Below the pieces are notes generated by a model. That model worked only from the letters and a program-made list of their open reading frames with translations. It ran no database searches and was not told where the DNA came from. DNA of 63,617 nucleotides, the filler included, from Bigelowiella natans CCMP2755 (taxonomy: Eukaryota; Protista; Cercozoa): NCBI GenBank assembly GCA_000320545.1. It is 5 parts of 5 records of this genome, joined end to end, with 100 filler letters (N's around TTAATTAATTAA, not from the genome) between each part and the next. Parts side by side here need not be neighbours in the genome. Positions count along the whole stretch, not along the records: positions 57,584 to 62,479 come from ADNK01003280.1; positions 62,580 to 63,617 come from ADNK01002699.1; 3 more parts are not named here. One strand, given 5' to 3'. The position numbers and the translations under genes were made by a program. Positions 57,584-63,617 of the stretch are shown one piece after another; position 1 is the first letter of the stretch, and each line of letters begins with the position of its first letter.

Positions 57584-57820
57584 TTGTACATTCTCTTTCT
57601 TTCCGGGCCCTCCCCCCCTTCTTCGTAATTAACTGAGGACTGTTTTCGGGGAACCCCCTGAACTTCATCTGTCTGAGCCTTCCTTTATGTTCCTTTTGGC
57701 CGCCGTGGGGGGACACCCAGCACAGCTTGTTGGCTGTGCCTTGGATGAGGGTTGCCCCAGTGGGGTCCTGTTCCATGCCGTCACCCCCACCTCATCATCT
57801 TTGTCATTATTATTGTTGTC

Positions 57821-57858
<38 letters not shown>

Positions 57859-57961
57859 ACAACACCATCACCTTCATCATCATCATCATCATCATTATCA
57901 CGACTATGCAACCAACACACATACATGTACCGCGCGCACACGCACACGCATACACATCCAG

Positions 57962-58252
57962 GCATTGAGGAGGAGAAGGTGAGCGCTTTGCTGGACGCCT
58001 GTTTGCTAACGGAGGAAGAAATGAAGGCGGGGGCAAAGGCGTGGAAGCAATACCCCGACCCCCTACCACAGTGGCAAAAGCTGCCGTTTGAATATGAGGA
58101 GGAGAAGGAGGAGGAGGAGGATGCGAAGAAGGCCATGGAGGATGCAAGGTTTCGAAACCTACGATTCAAGGTCACAATCAACACCCCCCCCCACCCCCCC
58201 TTCCAACACAGCATCGTCCTGTTCTCTCGTCCTATTCCTCCTCCTCCTACGC

Positions 58253-58290
<38 letters not shown>

Positions 58291-58377
58291 GTGTGTGTGT
58301 TTGTGTTTGTGTCTGTGTGAGCCGTGTTGTAAACAAAACAAAGATAAGCCATTCTCCATCTTGGCCATCATGTGCAT

Positions 58378-58424
<47 letters not shown>

Positions 58425-58731
58425 CGTGTGCCTGCTCGCTGCCTATTGTGCTTCGTTGGCTGCTGGTACCGTCGTCGTCATCGTTATAATCTAACGTCAT
58501 CGTCGTCATCAAAGGTTGGCGACCGAGTTGAGTGCTGCGTAGCACCAGAGAAGTGGGCGCCTGGCAAGGTGGTCAAGATCAAGTATAGAGGGGCCAACTG
58601 GCCTACGAACCGCCCCACTGCTCCTTATCAGATCGAGGTGGGATGCGGTGCTGATGCTGTGTAGTGTTGTCTAAGCTTCCAAGACGAAAAACACACACGC
58701 ACACGCACGAAAGTTGTATGCTAGTGACCTA

Positions 58732-58766
<35 letters not shown>

Positions 58767-58857
58767 GTGTCTATTCACATATGTCTCAGCTCGATACGGG
58801 GGGAATGATATTCGCCCCGTTCGACGACGATCGAGTCATTCGCACTGCGGCATCTTC

Positions 58858-58861
<4 letters not shown>
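57962..58861 (+). CDS. CobW/COG0523 metallochaperone GTPase, 3' exons (57962-58170, 58515-58637, 58790-58861), with an extra C-terminal beta domain
   Basis: ALLDACLLTEEEMKAGAKAWKQYPDPLPQW matches the end of CobW_C. It is followed by LRFKVGDRVECCVAPEKWAPGKVVKIKYRGANWPTNRPTAPYQIELDTGGMIFAPFDDDRVIR. The GTPase domain is not visible and presumably lies in the gap. Confidence 0.8.
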
Positions 58862-58908
<47 letters not shown>

Positions 58909-58969
58909 GTGATCGATGATGGCGCCTCCACCAACGATGCTATCGATCTCTGTTTAATTGTCACAACAC

Positions 58970-60008
58970 ACAGCAAGCAGCAACGTCACTCATGCAGTAC
59001 TGGGTAGCAATGAGCTGGATTGTCAGAATGACGTGCCAGTCGCTCCCCCCCCCCCAGGACTAGCGTTACTGGCTAGCACGCTAACTAGCTAAACTTGCAT
59101 TGATGCTGGTTTCGGTACATCTGCGCCGTGAACAACTAGATGGCTAGCCGCTAGTGCAGGCGAGCGAGAAATTCCGCCAATGTAAGACGGATGTAATTAA
59201 TCAATTAAAATTGTTCAATGGTCATCCTAATGTAGCTGCATGCAATGCAGCGGCTACAGCGCTAATGTTGAATCTATTGGTTTCTGCTATGTGTAGGGAC
59301 TTAAGTCCCTATGAGTGTACGCGTGTGTGAACACATGTACCCACACACTCCAGGTGCACTAAAAATAAGCACACATGCTCTGTTCACATCCACACATGCA
59401 CCAAATAAACCACGACACATGTGTTAAAGGCACATGTGAAGTGGTTGATGTCGCAGAATGCGCAGAATGCACGCATAGCTAGATAGGGACTTAAGTCCCT
59501 ACACGTGCATGATGTGTTTCATGCATGCAAATCTAGAAATGTGTGAAGCTGTAGCGAACGCAGTGTACACACATGGCAGACGGATGTTATGACAATCAAA
59601 TTTTCAATTGTCATCCTGACATGGCAGTGCATGTGGCGCTGTCTCCAACTAGCTAGGCTGTGCAGTTCATTTGATTCAGTCCGCCCTAACCCATCTAGCC
59701 ACACGTCTAGACGTGTGTGCAAGTTGCCCATGCACCTTGACCGCATCAATGAGCAGCAAAGGCAGTCCTCTAGTCCCACGAATGGCTATATAGCGCAAAT
59801 GTTAAAAAGCGAACGCGTAATGTTGCACGCATCAGAAACGTCCTCTGCTCCTAGCTGCACTTGTCCGCATCTCATTATTAGCTTGCATTATGGTAGCACC
59901 CACCCCGTGCCATGCGGATTGAAATATAATAATGAACTAGCAGAGGAGTACGTCTTGTTCCGTAGCACATAATGTCTATCATGCACATTTGGCCCGCGCG
60001 CGAGTGTG

Positions 60009-60010
<2 letters not shown>
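58970..60010. repeat. Palindromic-word island 8 (convergent zone), containing the MITE-like unit
   Basis: GGCTAGCC, GCATGC, ACACATGTGT, ACGTCTAGACGT. Confidence 0.75.
59291..59504. mobile_element. 214-bp MITE-like unit with 22-bp terminal inverted repeats
   Basis: GTGTAGGGACTTAAGTCCCTAT (59291-59312) is the exact reverse complement of ATAGGGACTTAAGTCCCTACAC (59483-59504). No coding capacity and no clear target-site duplication. Confidence 0.45.
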
Positions 60011-60041
<31 letters not shown>

Positions 60042-60179
60042 ATAAGTGTGTGATCGACAGCCGCGACGGGGCTCTCCTCCATAGTTCCCGGAACCTTAAT
60101 GCTATCTCGCTTGCATGGTAGGAAAAAAACTCCTTTGCAAGCTCCACATAGAAGCGTGTCTTTATTACTACAACAACTA

Positions 60180-62330
60180 CTACGCATCAGAACTCAACAT
60201 GGGTTCAAACGTCGGGAGCGGGTTGCCTTCCCCTCGCCGCGGAGAAACCTCCGCCTCCATCTGCTGGCCATCCTGATCGCTCTCCTCCTCCTCATCGACG
60301 CGCACGTCAAAGATCCACGCAAAGCCTCCTGCTCGCCTATCGAAGCGAAGAAGCTGCTCTTGTGCTCCGTTCAGGGAGATCTAATGGTGATGATGGTGAT
60401 GGTGATAGGGTGGGGGAGGATGGCGATGAGGAGAGAAGAGAGATCGTATGAAAGCACGTTTTACCCTACCACCCCAACCGTAATCATCATCGCAGCAGCG
60501 GCGCTATTTACTTACTACTACTACTTCTACTTCTACTACTACTACTACTACTACAATTACTACCGTCCCATTGTCACACCGTACGCCAACATGATCGTGA
60601 TCATGCCCAAACACATGGAACTTTGGAGGGTGCTTCAGCTCCTCCAATCTACTCGTCAGCAAGGAATCGCCGACATCCGAATAGCAAAGGCGCCCCGCTG
60701 GAGGAACATGCGTCATCAATATGTCGAGCCTGTCATCATTAAGGGAGGAGGGGAGGGAGAGACAGGTGGAGGAGGAGGATGATGAGAGGATACTGTGAGG
60801 CTTGTTTATTCTGTTACTGCGGAGACCAAACATTTTTCTTAAAGGAAAAAGACTTCAAAGGCCCAGCAAACCAAATTGTCAGATGTGTTTCCCACAAGAA
60901 AACGGGGAAGGGGAAAGGGGGGGGGGGAATCGAAAGTTTTTGCTCTCTTCTGCAGTGAAAGGTACGGACTGCGGCTCATGCTCTACTAACTGACCCCTCA
61001 GGTATTTTCCGCCATTCCGCTCGGCGCTCTTTGCGAGTCCTCTCTGTGTATTTTTCCGTAAACACACAAGAAACACGCCAAAAAATCGCAATAAGCCTTT
61101 GATTGATGCTGATCCTCCAAAATCGCACACAGCGGTGGGTTTTTAGGGCGAAATGTCTCGTGCAGAGCTGTTGTTTTTCCCTGCTACTAGGACTAGGAAT
61201 AGCATCTCCCTTCGCTCTAAGGAAACACGAAGACGCTCTCGAAACGCACCGAAGCCATCATTCGCACACTCGCCGTGTGGAGGAGGAAAAAGAGAGAAAA
61301 AGGCCAGATAGACAGGAAAGGATGTGACCAAACATAAATCAGCAGCAGCATCAACAGCAGCAGCAGGAGGAGGAGGAACAACCAAAGGCGTCGCTATAGT
61401 ATCTTTTCCCTAACGTCTCCATCCTTGATACGCACGTTGGACTGCCCCATATCCTCACGCCCTTACGATGGGTGTAGAGATGGTGACGACGATAACGATG
61501 ATGATGATGATGATGATGATAACGATGATGATGATGATGATAATGATGATGATGATGGTAAGAGCAACAACGGGCGGCGTGGGAAGGAGGCGGGGGAATA
61601 CATGCATCAAACGCAACAGCTGGAGAGGCTCATCACGCCACTCTGCTCAAAAACCCAAATCGCTGCGAGAGCATTCACACAATCATCGTAACCGTGCCTT
61701 TGTAACATCGCTCTCCCCCCCAGCCCCTCCCCTCCCCGCTGCAACTTACTTCGACTTCCACTCCGCTCGACTCTAGATAGTGAACATTGTTAGGCAGTCG
61801 TCTCAGCTCCTGATTTGGGGGGGGGGGGGGGGGAGAGAGATCATTCATTCTGACACATGCATGGACGGTGTGCAATAATAGTAGCCATTGAAGCATAAAC
61901 CCTCAAACGCAATACGAATCTTCAAAATAAGGGGAGAGAGAGAGTGTGGTGCGCGTTGATGAGAGGAAGAAAAGGAAGGGACTCGCTATTCACCAACAGC
62001 TAGAAACGGATCGTATACTAAGAAGTCGTAGCAGAGGCAGCAGTCATCATAAGTAGGGCACATGTCACGCCGCGAGAAGGCGTGTATTTTGCCCGTTTAG
62101 TGACAGATATGATGGGGCTGTGCCGCCGCCGCTGCTATTATGGTGTTAAGTACTTTTAACTGCTACTACTAGTACTAATTACTAGTACTACTACTCTCAT
62201 CTATTACTACCACCACCACCACTACTACTGCTACTACTACTACTACATTTCTGGCGTGCTTGTCTTTATAGCACTTGCCATCTAGCTGCGTGTCGTGATT
62301 CCCAGCAATGAAAATGATGGCTTTGAAGCT
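60180..62330 (-). CDS. Calcineurin-like metallophosphoesterase (MPPED1/2-type); N-terminus lost in the gap
   Basis: FKAIIFIAGNHD, NNVHYLESSGVEVE/GVRIWGSP, LDILMTHVPPAG..VGDSLL..PKFHVFGHDHD, ISLNGAQ..AWIFDV; stop at 60180. Confidence 0.88.
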
Positions 62331-62380
62331 TTGGAGGAGGACAGGAGGAAAAGAAGAAAGGAAAAGAGAAGAGTGAGAGT

Positions 62381-62415
<35 letters not shown>

Positions 62416-62436
62416 AGAGAGAGAGAGAGAGAGAGA

Positions 62437-62479
<43 letters not shown>

Positions 62480-62579
62480 NNNNNNNNNNNNNNNNNNNNN
62501 NNNNNNNNNNNNNNNNNNNNNNNTTAATTAATTAANNNNNNNNNNNNNNNNNNNNNNNNNNNNNNNNNNNNNNNNNNNN
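62480..62579. other. Assembly gap with six-frame stop linker, flanked by (GA)n and (CA)n
   Basis: N run-TTAATTAATTAA-N run, 100 nt. Confidence 0.98.
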
Positions 62580-62617
62580 ATCAAATACACACACACGCAC
62601 ACACTCACACACGACAC

Positions 62618-62661
<44 letters not shown>

Positions 62662-62662
<1 letters not shown>

Positions 62663-63490
62663 CCTTCCCAATATTGTACTCGGTGGTTCGGATTTCGAGG
62701 CTGATGTTGTTGCGGCAGCAGCTCCATTCAATGGCGCCGCGGATATCGAGGTTGCTGCTAAGGAACTACTATTTGCTAATGCTGCGCGTCCCACTCCGTC
62801 ACTCCCCCCTTCAAAAGATAGCACCGGGCTTGTTGCCTAAATACAGAAGGAGGGAAAGGGGGGGGGGGGGGGAATGAGGAGGTGATATCAAGCATGGAGT
62901 GTGTGGGAAACACAGACAATTTGATTGAGTTCAAGGTTTTTACAGATTCATGCTGTGCATTGTGAGGCTGTTGTTGGCTCTGTTCTCGCTTGTGAGTTGT
63001 TTCTTGACAATGAAACCACAAGCTGCTGCTGCTAACGAACACATCGCCGTACCCAGACGTATTTCCCCCCGCCGTCACGAATCGTCAGTATCACCTAGAA
63101 GCGATAAAAAACAGCATTCTCACAACATCCTCACTATTCGATGAGCTGCTGCTACTGCTGCGCTCAAACACACACACACACACACGTCTGTATGTGTTTG
63201 TGTGTGTGTGTGTGTCTTTTCATCTCTATATTTGAATCGCTCAGAATTGGCCTCTTCGTATACTTCACCTTCGTAGTCGCCACATCCGTTGTGTTCTGAT
63301 AGGAGGTGAGAGCACGGTCAGACATCATCTTGCACACATTTGACATGTACATGCAAACAAGAAACGCTGCGTAATATGACCTCTCCTTCATGCCCGTATT
63401 CTTGTGCAGCGACGATGGATATCAGCGTTTTTCCTTCTACGAGATATCGGTAGTGTACGTGAAAGACACCTTCGAAGACGCCTTCACCAC
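62662..63490 (-). CDS. Internal fragment of a RalGAP-alpha/tuberin-like (Rap-GAP family) protein
   Basis: Spliced HYRYLVEGKTLISIVAAQEYGHEGE/NTTDVATTK/VILTIRDGGGKYVW/ATSPVLSF resembles, from memory, the TLIS...V-x-x-I-x-RD-x-x-GKY-x-W block upstream of the GAP domain in RalGAP subunits. The GAP domain itself is not seen. Confidence 0.5.
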
Positions 63491-63524
63491 CAGCACGCAC
63501 AAACACGCACACACACACACACAC

Positions 63525-63561
<37 letters not shown>

Positions 63562-63617
63562 CTCCCAAAGCTACTATTCTCACAATGTTAGAAAACTAAA
63601 CTTACCCTAACCACGTC

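Noticed and set aside
59294-59311. Telomere remnant or piggyBac end in TAGGG..TTAA..CCCTA
   Set aside because: There are no tandem telomeric units, and TTAA is separated from CCCT by GT, unlike piggyBac TTAA-CCC junctions.

Overview
Gene-dense, intron-rich eukaryotic nuclear DNA from a protist, probably an alga with a secondary plastid. A chlorarachniophyte-like organism is inferred from an ATP sulfurylase with a signal peptide plus transit peptide; the taxon is not proven. The window is five contigs joined by 100-nt N-TTAATTAATTAA-N linkers, and genes are truncated at every join. Spliced genes rebuilt by eye: PPR protein (+), CDC23/APC8 (-), LtrA-like membrane protein (-), large unknown protein (+), secreted Cys-rich protein (-), TOM1-like VHS-GAT protein (+), TMEM184/OST-alpha (-), intronless SIRT2-like sirtuin (+), actobindin-like WH2 peptide (-), unknown protein (+), CTF18 (-), plastid ATP sulfurylase (+), RPS2 (+), dienelactone-hydrolase-like protein (-), CobW/COG0523 3' end (+), MPPED-like metallophosphoesterase (-) and a RalGAP-like fragment (-). 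The most striking unexplained signal is non-coding. Genes mostly alternate strand, and every visible 3' intergenic zone holds a ~0.6-1 kb island saturated with short palindromes (GCTAGC, TAGCTA, TCTAGA, TGCA, CATG). These islands are not seen in divergent promoters or introns. One island contains a 214-bp MITE-like unit. Introns show a 5'-to-3' gradient in microsatellite load and often contain complementary repeat pairs. All exon boundaries are manual and approximate.
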